From: Pseudomonadota bacterium
GTDB taxonomy: Bacteria; Pseudomonadota; Gammaproteobacteria; JAKAQQ01
Length of the DNA: 64,000 nucleotides
Direction of reading: 5' to 3'
Assembly (NCBI GenBank): GCA_027320085.1
Contig: DAHVLZ010000036.1
Coordinates: forward strand, 44,403 to 108,402
Below are positions 43,235 through 55,307 of the stretch, in pieces. Numbering within the stretch: position 1 is the first letter of the stretch; each line of letters begins with the position of its first letter. The notes below the pieces were generated by a model. The model worked only from the letters and a program-made list of their open reading frames with translations. It made no database searches and was not told the DNA's origin. The position numbers and the translations under genes are program-made.

Positions 43235-44126
43235 GGATACCTCCTGTGGGGATCACAAAGGGAAGGGTAGCATGCCCTGATCGAGCCGATTCTTCGACCA
43301 GGATATGGAGGCCTAGACTCCCTAAGTCAAAAGCTTGATAGAAGGGAGCGAGCCCGTGGGGCTCAATCAGGGCACTGATTGCGAGCAGGGGACCATAATG
43401 CTCAAGCGTGGGTAGCGCCCACCTGGCGTGTGGACCTCGGTCAGGATGGATAAGCGCCTTCAAATCAGGGTGGGCTGCAGCCTCAAGCACCCAGTCAGCA
43501 AACTGGCGTGCCCAGTCGTTTCCCTGCGGGTCGTGTTGCTCGTGCTCAAGCGCTCGAAGATTATGGACCAGCCCCCCACTTCCGATCCAGAGATAGGGTC
43601 GGTCTAACAGCGGGCGCAGCTGCTTGCCCCACTCCCACCATTGGGCTGGATCCTGGGTTTCGGGGAACCCGAGTGAGAAGACCGGGCGAGTGGGGTCAGG
43701 CCAGAGAAAGCTCAAGGGAAGCCAGACCCCGTGATCCAGTGGTCCCTCAGGCAGACTGGGCACCTGATGACCCATCACCTCGCTCAACTCCAGAGCGAGT
43801 CGGTTCGTGAGTGCCGCATTCCCGGGAGGTTCCCAGGACGCGTCATAGCACTCTTTGGGGAAACCGGAAAAATCGTAGGCAATCCGGCTTGACAGGCCCC
43901 CCCCGTAGAGGGTCGGTGCCCCGTGTCCATGGGCCGAAACCACAACAACCGCTTCGAAGTCCTGCCCGAGTCGTTCTCCAAGCTGTCCCCAGAACCAAGT
44001 TACCGGATGGTGATTAATAAGATAGATTGGGGATCCGTGACTCAAGAAAAGCGCAGGAGGTCGGTCCTGTGGTTTGCCGTATGGGGCATGTTTTTGGCGC
44101 GCCGCGAACCGATTATGGACTTTCAT
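43221..44126 (-). CDS. DODA/YgiD-type extradiol ring-cleavage dioxygenase (LigB family)
   Basis: LFLSHGSP, VSAH, YDFSGFP, LDHGVWLPL, GSGGLVHNL, PTLEHYGPL. Confidence 0.9.
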   Translation of the reverse strand: MKVHNRFAARQKHAPYGKPQDRPPALFLSHGSPIYLINHHPVTWFWGQLGERLGQDFEAVVVVSAHGHGAPTLYGGGLSSRIAYDFSGFPKECYDASWEPPGNAALTNRLALELSEVMGHQVPSLPEGPLDHGVWLPLSFLWPDPTRPVFSLGFPETQDPAQWWEWGKQLRPLLDRPYLWIGSGGLVHNLRALEHEQHDPQGNDWARQFADWVLEAAAHPDLKALIHPDRGPHARWALPTLEHYGPLLAISALIEPHGLAPFYQAFDLGSLGLHILVEESARSGHATLPFVIPTGGIRDVS

Positions 44127-44195
44127 GGGCCTATTGTAGCGATATTTTATAGATAAAATTGCTATAATTGTTTATTTGTTATTCGAAATTATCTA
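44127..44195. promoter_or_regulatory. AT-rich divergent LysR control region
   Basis: Sharply AT-rich 69-nt spacer with palindrome ATTTTAT-AG-ATAAAAT and a TATAAT box. Confidence 0.6.
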
Positions 44196-45110
44196 ATGAT
44201 CGATCTCGACCAACTCCGTCTCCTCCTTTTGATCACGGAGAGCGGAAGTCTCTCCGAAGCGGCCCGAAGGCTCGATCGGTCCCCTGCAACCCTGAGCTAT
44301 CAGCTGGCGCGCATTGAGAAAAGCCTGGGTCACGCACTTTTCAGCCGGGCCCACCGTCGCCTCACTCCAACTGCGTTTGGGACGATCGCCGTCGCCGAAG
44401 CTCGCACTCTCCTCGCCATCGCTGAATCCAAGTTTGAACGCCTTAGAACCTTGAGTCAGGGGGGGCAATATCGGATCCGGATGGCTGTGAGCGACCTCAT
44501 CCTCCCCGAACAGATCATCGAGCTCATCAACCGGCTACCACCTGATCAAAGGCCACCGGAAATTCTCTGGACCACAGAAGTGCTGCGCGGCTTGTGGGAT
44601 GCCCTCCAGACCGGCCGGGCCGACCTCGCCCTCGGCGTGGCGCTGCAGGGTTATCCTGCCGAGGGGATATTTCGCCTAGAACCCATCGGGGAGGTTCGAT
44701 TCCAATTCGCCATGCACCCCAACCACCCACTGGCACTGGAACCGGAACCTCTGGATCCAGAGAAAATCCGGCGCGAACGAACGGTTGCAGCCATCGACAG
44801 TTCCCGCGTTCTTTCGCCGGGGCATTTTGGAATTCTCCCGGGTCAGGACCTGCTGCGTGTACCGGACCAAGCCGCAAAACGTCTTGCCATACTGGCAGGA
44901 CTGGGGGTTGGGCACTTGCCCGAACACCTGATCCGTGAGGATCTTGCCACCGGGCGTTTGGTGACCCGCCGTAGCACTCTGAGTCCGACCGGATCTACCC
45001 CGCTTTACCTCGCCTGGCGTGAAACTGATCCCATGGACCCACACGGCATCCTTGCCCATCTGCTCGAAGAAATCCGGGCGAAAAGCCGTGAGTCCTTTTG
45101 GTTTTCCTGA
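44196..45110 (+). CDS. LysR family transcriptional regulator (YhaJ-like)
   Basis: HTH GSLSEAARRLDRSPATLSYQLARIE; EVLRGLWDALQTGRADL; GLGVGHLP. Confidence 0.93.
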   Translation: MIDLDQLRLLLLITESGSLSEAARRLDRSPATLSYQLARIEKSLGHALFSRAHRRLTPTAFGTIAVAEARTLLAIAESKFERLRTLSQGGQYRIRMAVSDLILPEQIIELINRLPPDQRPPEILWTTEVLRGLWDALQTGRADLALGVALQGYPAEGIFRLEPIGEVRFQFAMHPNHPLALEPEPLDPEKIRRERTVAAIDSSRVLSPGHFGILPGQDLLRVPDQAAKRLAILAGLGVGHLPEHLIREDLATGRLVTRRSTLSPTGSTPLYLAWRETDPMDPHGILAHLLEEIRAKSRESFWFS

Positions 45111-45156
45111 CGGTTCGGCGGTTGGCTTACAATCTTTTAAAGTCCAGGAGTTCTCA

Positions 45157-45759
45157 ATGAATCCTTCCATGCCCACCGTTGATCCGGCCATTGAGCATCT
45201 CTTCGAACAGCATCTCGAAACCTGCCACCGCACCCGTACCGCTCTCGTTGAACACCTGAGTCGTGCCGCTCTGCTTCTGACCACCGCGCTTACTGCTGGA
45301 CGGAAGATCCTCATTTGCGGCAATGGAGGTTCGGCCGCTGATGCGCAACATTTTTCTGCGGAACTCCTAAACAGATTCGAATCCGAACGCCAGCCCTTGC
45401 CCGCCATCGCACTCACGACCGATAGCTCCACATTGACCTCGATCGCTAATGACTATGCCTTCAAGGAAGTCTTTGCCAAACCCGTGAGAGCCCTCGGACA
45501 GGCTGGAGACATCCTGGTTGCGCTATCGACAAGCGGAAAGTCCGACAACGTCAACGCAGCTGTAAGGGTCGCACAAGAGAAGGGGCTTGGAATCATTGCC
45601 CTGACCGGCCGCGACGGCGGGATCTTGGCCTCCCTGCTGCGCCCGAATGATATCGAACTCCGGGTCCCGGACCAGTCCACTGCCCGTATCCAAGAGATGC
45701 ACATTTTGATCCTGCATACCTTCTGTGCGGTGATTGACCGCCACCTCCCTCCCAAATGA
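45157..45759 (+). CDS. gmhA: Phosphoheptose isomerase (GmhA/DiaA SIS family)
   Basis: CGNGGSAADAQHFSAEL, LTTDSS, STSGKS, TARIQEMH; AGGAG RBS. Confidence 0.9.
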   Translation: MNPSMPTVDPAIEHLFEQHLETCHRTRTALVEHLSRAALLLTTALTAGRKILICGNGGSAADAQHFSAELLNRFESERQPLPAIALTTDSSTLTSIANDYAFKEVFAKPVRALGQAGDILVALSTSGKSDNVNAAVRVAQEKGLGIIALTGRDGGILASLLRPNDIELRVPDQSTARIQEMHILILHTFCAVIDRHLPPK

Positions 45760-47165
45760 ACAGCGGAGTGGACCGATCGGCCCTCCGTCTCCTGCTCGGC
45801 CCCGAGCGCTGCCGTGAAGATCCGGCCAGTTGTCTGGCTTACGGTTATGACAATAGCCGGAGGACCAGCCAACCGGAGGCCGTCGTCTTTCCCGAAACTA
45901 TTGAGGAGATCCGTTGCATTATCGAATGGGCTGCTTGCCACCGGGTGCCAGTCGTGCCACGTGGTCTCGGAAGCAACACCACCGGAGCCAGCATCCCCGT
46001 GGCGGGCGGCCTTGTGATGTCAACCGAACGTATGAATCGTATCCTGGAGTTCGAACCCCGCGACCGGTTGATCATCGCACAAGCGGGCGTAACCAATGAA
46101 ACGATCCAAAAAACTGCGGCTCGAGAGGGATTGTTTTGGCCTCCGGATCCGTCGTCGGCACCCTATTCGACCGTGGGTGGGAACATCGGAACCAATGCGG
46201 GCGGACCCCATGCAGTCCGCTACGGCACAACGCGGGACCACGTGCTGGGACTCGTCGCTATCGATGGACGTGGACATGTATTCCGGACCGGGGTCAAGAC
46301 GACCAAAAGTGCGATTGGCTATGACTTAACGAGATTGATTGTGGGATCTGAAGGTACGCTCGCAATCGTAGCGGAGGCAACCTTGAAACTGGTTCCACGT
46401 CCGACGGAACGTCTCACCTACCGTGCTTTCTACGCTTCGCCAGAAGCCGCAACCGAGAGCCTGATTGGCCTTCTGAATCAGCCGATCCCTCCTTCAGCCA
46501 TCGAGTTCATGGATAAAATCGCGATTGATCTGATCCGCGATAGAGTTCCAGGGCTTCCAAAAGGTGCCCAAGCGCTTCTTTTGGCCGAAATCGAGTCAGA
46601 TCGCCCCTTCGAAAACGCCGACCGGGTCCGCCTCGAAAGGTGTCTCAGCCAGCACGGGCCTTTAGACCTCGACGTTGCCGAAAGTTTGGAGGCTGCAGCC
46701 CCGCTCTGGTTGGCACGGAAGTCACTATCCCCGGCCCTGAGGCGGGTAGGGTCAGGAAAAATCAATGAGGATATCGTGGTTCCCACGAGCCGCTTGCCAG
46801 AACTCCTGAGCGGCTTGACCAGACTGGGTGCCGAACATGAAACCACCATCGTGACCTTCGGACACGCAGGCAACGGGAACCTCCATGTCAACCTCATCTT
46901 CGACGAGGAAGATATAGCGGCGACTCAGCGGGCCCACCAAGCCCTGGAAGGGGTTTTCCGACTGGTACTTCGACTTGATGGGGCTCTTTCGGGCGAGCAT
47001 GGAATTGGTGTCAGCAAGCGCCCCTTCATGCTCTGGCAGCTAGATGAAGTCTCGCTCTCTCTTATGCGCGAGATCAAAAAAGTTTTTGATCCCATTGGAC
47101 TCCTCAACCCCGGCAAGCTTCTACCCGACCTCCCAGACTTTCCAAACTCGAATCCGGTAAAATAA
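45756..47165 (+). CDS. FAD-linked oxidase, GlcD/D-lactate dehydrogenase family
   Basis: [43 protein letters not shown]. Confidence 0.9.
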   Translation: MNSGVDRSALRLLLGPERCREDPASCLAYGYDNSRRTSQPEAVVFPETIEEIRCIIEWAACHRVPVVPRGLGSNTTGASIPVAGGLVMSTERMNRILEFEPRDRLIIAQAGVTNETIQKTAAREGLFWPPDPSSAPYSTVGGNIGTNAGGPHAVRYGTTRDHVLGLVAIDGRGHVFRTGVKTTKSAIGYDLTRLIVGSEGTLAIVAEATLKLVPRPTERLTYRAFYASPEAATESLIGLLNQPIPPSAIEFMDKIAIDLIRDRVPGLPKGAQALLLAEIESDRPFENADRVRLERCLSQHGPLDLDVAESLEAAAPLWLARKSLSPALRRVGSGKINEDIVVPTSRLPELLSGLTRLGAEHETTIVTFGHAGNGNLHVNLIFDEEDIAATQRAHQALEGVFRLVLRLDGALSGEHGIGVSKRPFMLWQLDEVSLSLMREIKKVFDPIGLLNPGKLLPDLPDFPNSNPVK

Positions 47166-47190
47166 GCGGTTCCCCCTTCGGAACGACCGG

Positions 47191-50073
47191 ATGGACGAGA
47201 TCCGCATTCGCGGGGCACGTACCCATAATCTCCAGAACATCAATCTAGACCTGCCACGTGATCGGCTGGTTGTCATTACCGGCTTGTCGGGTAGCGGAAA
47301 GTCCTCGCTCGCATTTGACACGATCTACGCCGAGGGACAGCGTCGTTACGTCGAGTCGCTCTCAGCCTATGCACGCCAGTTCTTGTCGGTCATGGATAAA
47401 CCCGACGTTGACCTGATTGAGGGACTGTCACCTGCTATCTCGATTGAACAAAAATCGACTTCTCATAACCCACGCTCGACTGTCGGTACAGTCACCGAGA
47501 TTTACGACTATTTAAGACTTCTTTTTGCGCGTGCAGGGACACCCCGCTGTCCGGACCACCGACTCCCACTTGATGCCCTCACAGTCTCGCAAATGGTTGA
47601 CAGCCTTCTGACTTTGCCGCTGGAACGCCGTTACCTCCTCATGACTCCGGTTGTCAGCGAACGCAAGGGCAGTTATGTTGAGCTTTTTAAAATGCTCCAA
47701 GCACGGGGGTTCATCCGGATCCGACTGGACGGTGAACTCATGGAACTTGATAGCCCGCCCAAATTGAACCCCCGCAGCAAACACCAGATTGACGTAGTCA
47801 TTGACCGTTTTCGAGTCCGCCCGGAACTGGGCGGACGACTTGCCGAGTCCATTGACACTGCTCTTGGACTCGGAACTGGCCTGATCGAAATTGCCCTTGA
47901 GGAAGATCCAAGAAAAACTCTCCTGACCCTGTCAAACCGCTATGCCTGCCCGGTGTGTGGCTACAGTCTTCCCGAACTTGAACCGCGTCTGTTTTCATTT
48001 AACAACCCGGCAGGTGCTTGTCCAGCCTGCGAGGGCCTCGGCATCCACGAGTCTTTCGATCCCCAACGCATCGTTCCGCGCCCGACACTTAGTCTAGCTG
48101 CCGGCGCAATCCAAGGCTGGGATCCGGGGAATCCCTATTACTACGAGATCCTTAAGGGACTCGCTGGCCATTACGGCTTCAGTCTCGAGAGTCCGTTTGA
48201 GGAGCTTCCATTCGACATCCGAAAAATTATTTTATGGGGAAGTGGCAATGAGCGCATCCGGTTTCATCACCGCTTCGGATCTCGACGGAAAACCCGTGAA
48301 AGTCGGTTCGAAGGAGTCATTCCGAGCCTGACCCGGCGCTACCGAGAAACGGACTCTGAACTCTTGAAACTTGAGTGGGCCCAACTACTCAAAACACAAC
48401 CCTGCAGCGAATGCGGCGGTGGACGTCTCAACAGCGCGGCAAGAAACGTGTTTGTGGCAGGTGAGGACCTGCCGTCGGTCACCCGCTGGCCGATTGAGCA
48501 GTCCCTGATGTTTTTCCAGACCATAGTCTTGGAAGGACAAAAGGCCCAGATTGCAAGCCAAATCATCAAGGAAATCCTCGACCGCCTTCGCTTCCTATCT
48601 GATGTTGGGCTCGGCTATCTGGCACTTGAAAGGGCCACAGAAACCCTTTCTGGAGGAGAAGCACAGCGCATTCGTCTAGCCAGCCAGATCGGATCAGGGC
48701 TCGTGGGTGTCCTTTACGTGCTCGACGAGCCATCGATCGGGCTGCATCCTCGTGACAACCAGAAGCTGCTGGACACACTCTCCCGCCTCCGGGATCTTGG
48801 CAACACCCTACTTATTGTCGAGCATGACGAGGAAACCATCCGGGCCGCTGACTATGTGGTTGACATGGGTCCAGGAGCTGGAATCCATGGTGGCCGGGTT
48901 ATGGCCACCGGCCGTCCAGAGGAAATTGCCCGCAACCCGGACTCCCTGACCGGGCAATACCTCTCACGCCGACGGCAAATTCCGCTTCCAACCGACCGAA
49001 AGATACCGGATCCAGTCCGCCAGCTGGTCTTAAGAAAGGTTTCAGGAAACAACCTGCGATCAATCGACGTGAGCTTTCCGCTGGGTCTCCTGGTCTGTGT
49101 CACAGGTGTCTCGGGATCGGGGAAGTCTACTCTCGTGAACGATACCCTGTACCGTGCATTGGCCCGACATTTGGGTCTTAACGGGGCTGAACCTTCTCTT
49201 CATGCTGGGCTTGAGGGTGCCGATGCCGTTGAGCGGGTGATCGACATTGACCAGAGTCCGATCGGCCGCACCCCACGATCAAACCCCGCAACATACACGG
49301 GGCTTTTCACACCGATCCGGGAGCTCTTTGCCTTGACACCGGAGGCCCGTGCGCGTGGATACGCATCGGGGCGTTTCTCCTTTAATGTCCGTGGCGGGCG
49401 CTGTGAGGCATGTGAGGGTGACGGACTGATCCGGGTTGAGATGCATTTCATGCCGGATTTTTATATTCCCTGCGAACAATGCCACGGGCTCCGGTATAAC
49501 CGGGAAACGCTAGAAATCCATTACAAGGGGAAGACAATCGCAGAAGTCCTCGACATGAGTGTCGAAGAGGCCCTGGACTTTTTCTCCGCGATCCCCTCTA
49601 TTGCCCTGAAACTGGCAACCCTGCGGGATGTTGGTATGGGCTATGTCCGCCTGGGCCAGAACGCCACCACACTGTCCGGGGGCGAGGCCCAGCGCATTAA
49701 GTTGTCGCGGGAGCTCAGTAAACGCGAGATGGGGAAAAGTCTCTACCTGCTTGATGAGCCAACCACAGGACTCCACTTTGAGGATATTTCGCAACTGCTT
49801 CGGGTCTTGTTTCGGTTACGAGATCGCGGTAATACCGTTATCGTCATTGAACACCACTTGGATGTCATCAAATGCGCTGACTGGATCATTGACTTGGGAC
49901 CCGAGGGCGGCGCCGGTGGTGGAGCACTGATCGCTCAAGGCACACCCGAGCAGGTCGCCCAATCGCCGGATTCGGTCACCGGGCGCTTTCTCCAGGGAGC
50001 ACTCCAGCAACTTGCACGCTCAGAGCCAAGGAAACGGCAACCGCAAACCCGGCCCCGGAGAGCCCGTCCCTAA
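47191..50073 (+). CDS. uvrA: Excinuclease ABC subunit A
   Basis: [28 protein letters not shown], two ABC domains, LSGGEAQR twice, zinc fingers. Confidence 0.99.
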   Translation: MDEIRIRGARTHNLQNINLDLPRDRLVVITGLSGSGKSSLAFDTIYAEGQRRYVESLSAYARQFLSVMDKPDVDLIEGLSPAISIEQKSTSHNPRSTVGTVTEIYDYLRLLFARAGTPRCPDHRLPLDALTVSQMVDSLLTLPLERRYLLMTPVVSERKGSYVELFKMLQARGFIRIRLDGELMELDSPPKLNPRSKHQIDVVIDRFRVRPELGGRLAESIDTALGLGTGLIEIALEEDPRKTLLTLSNRYACPVCGYSLPELEPRLFSFNNPAGACPACEGLGIHESFDPQRIVPRPTLSLAAGAIQGWDPGNPYYYEILKGLAGHYGFSLESPFEELPFDIRKIILWGSGNERIRFHHRFGSRRKTRESRFEGVIPSLTRRYRETDSELLKLEWAQLLKTQPCSECGGGRLNSAARNVFVAGEDLPSVTRWPIEQSLMFFQTIVLEGQKAQIASQIIKEILDRLRFLSDVGLGYLALERATETLSGGEAQRIRLASQIGSGLVGVLYVLDEPSIGLHPRDNQKLLDTLSRLRDLGNTLLIVEHDEETIRAADYVVDMGPGAGIHGGRVMATGRPEEIARNPDSLTGQYLSRRRQIPLPTDRKIPDPVRQLVLRKVSGNNLRSIDVSFPLGLLVCVTGVSGSGKSTLVNDTLYRALARHLGLNGAEPSLHAGLEGADAVERVIDIDQSPIGRTPRSNPATYTGLFTPIRELFALTPEARARGYASGRFSFNVRGGRCEACEGDGLIRVEMHFMPDFYIPCEQCHGLRYNRETLEIHYKGKTIAEVLDMSVEEALDFFSAIPSIALKLATLRDVGMGYVRLGQNATTLSGGEAQRIKLSRELSKREMGKSLYLLDEPTTGLHFEDISQLLRVLFRLRDRGNTVIVIEHHLDVIKCADWIIDLGPEGGAGGGALIAQGTPEQVAQSPDSVTGRFLQGALQQLARSEPRKRQPQTRPRRARP

Positions 50074-50648
50074 GATTTTTCGGAGCGATTGTCGGTTTTT
50101 CGACGGCGCCGGAATAGACCGGTGCGCTTTTTTTCCGCTTCTGCGGCTTCCGTCTCAGAAACCGCTTCAGTTGATTTCTTTCTTCGGCTCGAGGTGGCCG
50201 GCCTGGCGACTCGTTTCTTGGCTGCTTCCTCCGGTGCGGGCTGAGCCGTCCCTTCTGCCTTCGGTGTCGAACGATGCCGGATCTTTTCCGGCCGATCTAC
50301 CAACTGGACCAAGGCGACCGGTGCATGATCACCACTCCGGTACCCGGCATGAACGATGCGGAGGTAACCCCCAGGTCTCAAGCGGTAGTGCGGTCCGAGA
50401 TCTGTAAATAGTTTGGTCACAGTCGGCCGGTGGCGTAACCGGTCAAAAGCCAAGCGTCGGTGGGCCACCGTATCCCCATCACGGGCCAACGTTATGATCG
50501 GTTCCACGACACGCCTGAGTTCTTTCGCCTTGGCGACCGTAGTCCGGATCTGTTCCTCAGTAATCAGCGAGATCGCGAGGTTTCGGAGAAGGCTCGCCCG
50601 GTGACTGCTCGTGCGGCCCAGCTGTCGACCAATATTTCGGTGGCGCAT
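50070..50648 (-). CDS. rplQ: 50S ribosomal protein L17 with long C-terminal extension
   Basis: MRHR...[16 protein letters not shown]; about 70 extra low-complexity residues. Confidence 0.97.
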   Translation of the reverse strand: MRHRNIGRQLGRTSSHRASLLRNLAISLITEEQIRTTVAKAKELRRVVEPIITLARDGDTVAHRRLAFDRLRHRPTVTKLFTDLGPHYRLRPGGYLRIVHAGYRSGDHAPVALVQLVDRPEKIRHRSTPKAEGTAQPAPEEAAKKRVARPATSSRRKKSTEAVSETEAAEAEKKRTGLFRRRRKTDNRSEKS

Positions 50649-50664
50649 ATCGTCATCTCCCCGC

Positions 50665-51681
50665 TTAACTGGCCGAAGCCGGAGCTTCCGGATGACGTGT
50701 CAGAAACCGTGGTGGCCAGTTTTCGATCGTCATGCCGAGTGAGAGAGCATGGATCGCAAGGGCATCCTTGATCTCCACGAGGGACTTCTTGCCAAGATTA
50801 GGCGTTCGCAAGAGATCGGCTTCGGTCCGCTGGACGAGATCACCGATGAACTCGATCTGCTCAGCCTTGAGGGCGTTCAACGACCGAACCGTAAGGTCCA
50901 ATGCGTCGACTGGCTTGAGAAATACGGTATCTAGGGGTGCTGTGGTTGCTGGAATGGCCCCCGCCGCCGGGATCCGGGCTTCTTCATCAGTCAGGAAAAC
51001 ACTGAGCTGGTTTCTCAGAATCTGTGCCGCTTCGATCACGGCAGTCTCTGCCGTCATTGTCCCGTTGGTCTCAACCTCCAGAACAAGCCGGTCGAGGTCG
51101 GTTCGCTGCTCGACTCGGGCGTTTTCCACTTGGAAAGCCACACGGCGTATCGGGGAAAAGGACGCATCCAACCGGAGATGGCCGAGCGTACGCCCCCCTA
51201 GTTCCTGCCGCTGAACGGCCGGGAGGTATCCCCGGCCCCGTTCGATTACGAGTTCAAGATTTAGATGCCCCTGTTTATTGAGATGGGCGATCACATGATC
51301 GGGATTGAGGATCTCCACCTGGTGATCCAGCTGAATGTCGGATGCCCGCACAACCCCCGGCCCGGCCTTATTCAGCCGGAGGCTGGCACGCTCTACCGTC
51401 TGCGGGGCTCGGATGGCAAGCCCCTTGAGATTAAGCAACAGGTCAATTACATCCTCATTAACTCCCTCGATGGTCGTGTACTCATGCACGACCCCTGAAA
51501 TCTCAACTTCCGTCACAGCATAGCCCGGAATCGAGGACAGGAGGACCCGGCGCAAGGCATTGCCCAGAGTATGTCCAAAACCGCGCTCGAGCGGTTCAAG
51601 GACGATCCTCGAGGCATGCGGCCCGATGGCCTCGCTTTTAACACCATTTGCTTTCATCAGATCGCTGGCTGAATTCACCAT
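50665..51681 (-). CDS. rpoA: RNA polymerase alpha subunit
   Basis: [38 protein letters not shown]. Confidence 0.99.
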   Translation of the reverse strand: MVNSASDLMKANGVKSEAIGPHASRIVLEPLERGFGHTLGNALRRVLLSSIPGYAVTEVEISGVVHEYTTIEGVNEDVIDLLLNLKGLAIRAPQTVERASLRLNKAGPGVVRASDIQLDHQVEILNPDHVIAHLNKQGHLNLELVIERGRGYLPAVQRQELGGRTLGHLRLDASFSPIRRVAFQVENARVEQRTDLDRLVLEVETNGTMTAETAVIEAAQILRNQLSVFLTDEEARIPAAGAIPATTAPLDTVFLKPVDALDLTVRSLNALKAEQIEFIGDLVQRTEADLLRTPNLGKKSLVEIKDALAIHALSLGMTIENWPPRFLTRHPEAPASAS

Positions 51682-51708
51682 AAGCCACCCAAAACAGTCA
51701 GTGAAGGT

Positions 51709-52332
51709 TTACTTCGAATAGAACTCGACGACCAGGTTCTCGTTGATGTCCGGTGAGAGGGCCGCACGTTGAGGGATCGCTTTGAAAATTCCCTTGTATT
51801 CGTTATCGTCGACTTCGACCCATTCTGGAAATCCCAAGCCCTTCGCTTGATCGAGTGCCGCACGAATGCGCGGCTGTTTACGGGCCTTGGTCCGGATCAT
51901 GACTACGTCCTGTGGGCTCAGCTGGTAGGAGGGCAGGTCCACGGTCCGGCCATTCACTTCGACGGCCCTATGGCCGACTAGTTGCCGTGCCTCTGCACGA
52001 GTCGCCGCAAATCCCATGCGGTAGACGACATTGTCAAGGCGAGATTCCAAGAGCTGGAGAAGGGTCTCTCCAGTTGCTCCGCGCCGACGCACCGCTTCCT
52101 CATAGTAACGATGGAACTGCCGCTCCAAAAGGCCATACATGCGACGGACCTTCTGCTTTTCGCGGAGTTGTAACCCGTAATCGGAGGATTTTGTCGTCCG
52201 GTTGTGGCCATGCTGGCCGGGTGGAACTTCGTGATGACACTTACTCGACAAGGGGCGGGCCGAACCTGTCAGAAACAGATCGGTCCCCTCACGTCGGGAG
52301 AGTTTAAGTCGTGGTCCGAGATACCGCGCCAT
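51709..52332 (-). CDS. rpsD: 30S ribosomal protein S4
   Basis: [34 protein letters not shown]. Confidence 0.99.
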   Translation of the reverse strand: MARYLGPRLKLSRREGTDLFLTGSARPLSSKCHHEVPPGQHGHNRTTKSSDYGLQLREKQKVRRMYGLLERQFHRYYEEAVRRRGATGETLLQLLESRLDNVVYRMGFAATRAEARQLVGHRAVEVNGRTVDLPSYQLSPQDVVMIRTKARKQPRIRAALDQAKGLGFPEWVEVDDNEYKGIFKAIPQRAALSPDINENLVVEFYSK

Positions 52333-52356
52333 GATTTGGTGTCTCCTCGCCCCCGG

Positions 52357-52752
52357 TCAGACCCGCCGCTTCTTGGGCGGTCGGCAACCGTTGTGGGGAA
52401 TCGGGGTCACGTCTGAGATGCTATTGACCTTGAACCCCAGGTTATTGAGTGCCCGGACCGCGGATTCACGTCCGGGACCGGGGCCTTGGACCTGGACATC
52501 GAGATTGCGGACACCATGGTCGGCCAGTTGTCCAGCCACCTTCTCTGCTGCAACCTGTGCCGCAAAGGGCGTACTTTTCCTCGACCCACGATAGCCAGCC
52601 TGACCGGCACTCGACCAAGCCAGTACATTGCCTTGGCGATCAGTCACTGTGATGATGGTGTTGTTGAAAGACGCGTGAATGTGGACCAGAGCATCCACCA
52701 CCACCTTGCGCGCCTTGCGGGTACGAGAAGAACCGCTTTCGTTTTCGACCAT
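52357..52752 (-). CDS. rpsK: 30S ribosomal protein S11
   Basis: [28 protein letters not shown]. Confidence 0.99.
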   Translation of the reverse strand: MVENESGSSRTRKARKVVVDALVHIHASFNNTIITVTDRQGNVLAWSSAGQAGYRGSRKSTPFAAQVAAEKVAGQLADHGVRNLDVQVQGPGPGRESAVRALNNLGFKVNSISDVTPIPHNGCRPPKKRRV

Positions 52753-52795
52753 TCGTATTCAAGCCTCGTTGTCGATCTGGAAAAATCCCAACCGT

Positions 52796-53152
52796 CTACC
52801 GCTTGGTCTGACGTGAGCGACCCTTGCGGGTCCGTGCATTCGTTCGGGTCCGTTGGCCTCGGACCGGCAATCCGCGCCGGTGGCGCAAGCCCCGGTAAGT
52901 GCCAAGATCCATGAGTCGTTTGATGTTCATCGCCACTTCGCGGCGAAGGTCACCCTCCACGATGAAGCGTGAAACGCCAACACGAAGTGCCTCGATCTGG
53001 GGTTCGGTGAGCTCACGAACCGGCACCGATGGGTTGACTCCAGCCGCCTGACAGATCTGTTTCGCCCGTGACTGACCGATCCCGTAGATCGCGGTGAGAG
53101 CGATGGCGGCATGTTGGGTCGCCGGTATATTGACACCCGCTATTCGGGCCAT
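52796..53152 (-). CDS. rpsM: 30S ribosomal protein S13
   Basis: [28 protein letters not shown]. Confidence 0.99.
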   Translation of the reverse strand: MARIAGVNIPATQHAAIALTAIYGIGQSRAKQICQAAGVNPSVPVRELTEPQIEALRVGVSRFIVEGDLRREVAMNIKRLMDLGTYRGLRHRRGLPVRGQRTRTNARTRKGRSRQTKR

Positions 53153-53179
53153 GGCGAGAAACTCCCGGTCAAATGGGCA

Positions 53180-53208
53180 ATTGTAATCTATCGATCGTAT
53201 GTCGGCAA
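53180..53208 (-). promoter_or_regulatory. sigma70 promoter of the alpha operon
   Basis: Minus strand TTGCCG-N17-TACAAT between rpmJ and rpsM. Confidence 0.7.
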
Positions 53209-53212
53209 GACC

Positions 53213-53326
53213 CTAACCCTGCCGCTGCTTATGCCGGGCTTCCTTGCAAACCACCCGGATTACTCGTCCCCTTTTCACGATCTTGCAATTCCGGCAAATA
53301 CGCTTGACTGACGTTCGTACTTTCAT
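53213..53326 (-). CDS. rpmJ: 50S ribosomal protein L36 (zinc-binding form), not in the ORF track
   Basis: Read by hand: [37 protein letters not shown]. Confidence 0.97.
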   Translation of the reverse strand: MKVRTSVKRICRNCKIVKRGRVIRVVCKEARHKQRQG

Positions 53327-53349
53327 GGCTATCCCCTGAGCGACTTGGG

Positions 53350-54681
53350 CTAGGTGGTCCGTCGCGCGCCGTGGAAACCGGACCGCTTGAGCAGGCTTTC
53401 ATACTGATGCGACATGAGATGCGCCTGCAGCTGGGCCATGAAATCCATGACCACGACCACAATGATCAAAAGCGAGGTCCCCCCGAAGTAGAAAGGGACG
53501 TGAAAATCGGACATGAGGAACTGGGGCAAGAGACAGACGGCCGTAACGTAGATTGATCCCCAGAAGGTCAGACGGTTGAGAATGCCATCAATGAAGCCGG
53601 CAGTCTGTTCGCCTGGACGAATACCCGGAATAAACGCTCCAGATTTCTTGAGATTATCAGCTGTTTCCTTGGAGTTAAAGACCAAAGCCGTATAGAAAAA
53701 GCAGAAAAAGATGATGAGGCCCGAGTAAAGAATTACGTAGAGAGGTTGCGGAAAACTCAGGATCGTCTTGAGACGGTCCAGCCAGAGGAACTGTTTGCTG
53801 TTTCCGAACCAACCGCCAATCAGCGCGGGGAACAGAATTAGGCTCGAGGCAAAAATGGGAGGGATCACACCCGGCATGTTCAGCTTGAGAGGCAGATGAG
53901 AACTTTGTGCGGCATAGAGACGATTGCCCTGTTGGCGCTTGGCGTAATTCACCGTGATGCGCCGCTGGCCGCGCTCGATAAAAACCACAAACATCGTCAC
54001 TAGTAACACAACGACCGCGATGAAGATCGCCATGATTGGTGACATCTGCCCGGTATTGACGAGCTGGAGGGTGCCCGCCACCGCAGAGGGCAAACCAGCC
54101 ACAATGCCGGCAAAAATGATCATTGAAATCCCATTCCCAATTCCCCGCTCCGTCATCTGCTCACCAAGCCACATCAAAAAGACTGTCCCAGTCACCAGGC
54201 TTACAACCGCCGTCACGATAAAACCGACCCCGGGATCAACCACCACCCCCTGTGATTGCAGGGCCATGGAGGCGAACAGCGCCTGAATGAAGGCCAAGCC
54301 GACGGTGCTATAGCGGGTGTACCGGGTCAACTTGCGCTGGCCTGAATAGCCTTCCTTTTTCAAGGCCTCAAAACTGGGCAACACAGAGGTCAAAAGCTGG
54401 ATAACGATCGAGGCTGAAATGTAGGGCATGATGCCTAGAGCAAAGACACTCATGCGAGCCAGGGCGCCGCCGGAAAACATGTTGAACATCGACAAGATGC
54501 CGCCCTGCTGTGCATTAAACAGCCGAGCCAAGGCCACCGGGTTGATGCCCGGGACCGGGATATGTGCTCCAACCCGGAAGACAAACAGGGCACCGATCAG
54601 GAACAGGAAGCGACCACGCAGTTCGGCTGATCCTTTGATCCCGCCAAGGGAACCGGTCATCGCACCTGCCGTCCGCGACAT
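53350..54681 (-). CDS. secY: Preprotein translocase SecY
   Basis: [33 protein letters not shown]. Confidence 0.99.
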   Translation of the reverse strand: MSRTAGAMTGSLGGIKGSAELRGRFLFLIGALFVFRVGAHIPVPGINPVALARLFNAQQGGILSMFNMFSGGALARMSVFALGIMPYISASIVIQLLTSVLPSFEALKKEGYSGQRKLTRYTRYSTVGLAFIQALFASMALQSQGVVVDPGVGFIVTAVVSLVTGTVFLMWLGEQMTERGIGNGISMIIFAGIVAGLPSAVAGTLQLVNTGQMSPIMAIFIAVVVLLVTMFVVFIERGQRRITVNYAKRQQGNRLYAAQSSHLPLKLNMPGVIPPIFASSLILFPALIGGWFGNSKQFLWLDRLKTILSFPQPLYVILYSGLIIFFCFFYTALVFNSKETADNLKKSGAFIPGIRPGEQTAGFIDGILNRLTFWGSIYVTAVCLLPQFLMSDFHVPFYFGGTSLLIIVVVVMDFMAQLQAHLMSHQYESLLKRSGFHGARRTT

Positions 54682-54682
54682 G

Positions 54683-55126
54683 TCAAGCCTCCACTCGGCC
54701 GCCCAAGGCCTCGATGCGGGCACGGGCTCCACGGGTCACGCGAAGCCCTCGGATCGTCAGTGCCTTCTCACAGGTCCCGTTCAGGATCACCTTGACCACT
54801 TCGGTTCCCTGTGGCACCAACCGGGCGCGCCTCAGCATAGCAAGATCAATCACCGTCTCCTCGAGTCGGGCGAGATCTCCCAGTCGGACTGCAGCGTAGC
54901 GACGTGAAAGCGCCGAGCGGAATCCCACTTTGGGGAGGCGACGCTGCAAAGGCATTTGGCCTCCCTCGAAGCCTATCTTACGAAGCCCACCGGTTCGGGC
55001 ATGCTGGCCTTTGTGGCCACGTCCTGCCGTCTTGCCAAGCCCGGAACCCACACCACGGCCCACCCGTTTGGCACGGACGCGGGCGCCCGATCCCGAATGC
55101 AAGTCATTGAGTCGCACGAGATTCAC
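54683..55126 (-). CDS. rplO: 50S ribosomal protein L15
   Basis: [30 protein letters not shown]. Confidence 0.98.
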   Translation of the reverse strand: MNLVRLNDLHSGSGARVRAKRVGRGVGSGLGKTAGRGHKGQHARTGGLRKIGFEGGQMPLQRRLPKVGFRSALSRRYAAVRLGDLARLEETVIDLAMLRRARLVPQGTEVVKVILNGTCEKALTIRGLRVTRGARARIEALGGRVEA

Positions 55127-55307
55127 CCTCCACGTCCAACAGGCTTTCGATTTTCCGGATCATCCCAAGGTTTTCCGGCGTGGCGTCAAGCACGACACTA
55201 TGTCCTGGACGCCTGAGCCCCAAGCCGTAGGCACAGGAACGCTGCCGGCTGGTTTTCTTAGCCAGACTACGCACAAGTGTCACCCGGAGACGACGAACCG
55301 TCATCAT
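55104..55307 (-). CDS. rpmD: 50S ribosomal protein L30
   Basis: [20 protein letters not shown]; position between S5 and L15. Confidence 0.95.
   Translation of the reverse strand: MMTVRRLRVTLVRSLAKKTSRQRSCAYGLGLRRPGHSVVLDATPENLGMIRKIESLLDVEGESRATQ

Noticed and set aside
52340-52347. rpsD RBS also complementary to the sRNA 5' motif (TGTCTCCT)
   Set aside because: Shows that 8-nt anti-SD matches are common; not evidence of targeting by itself.
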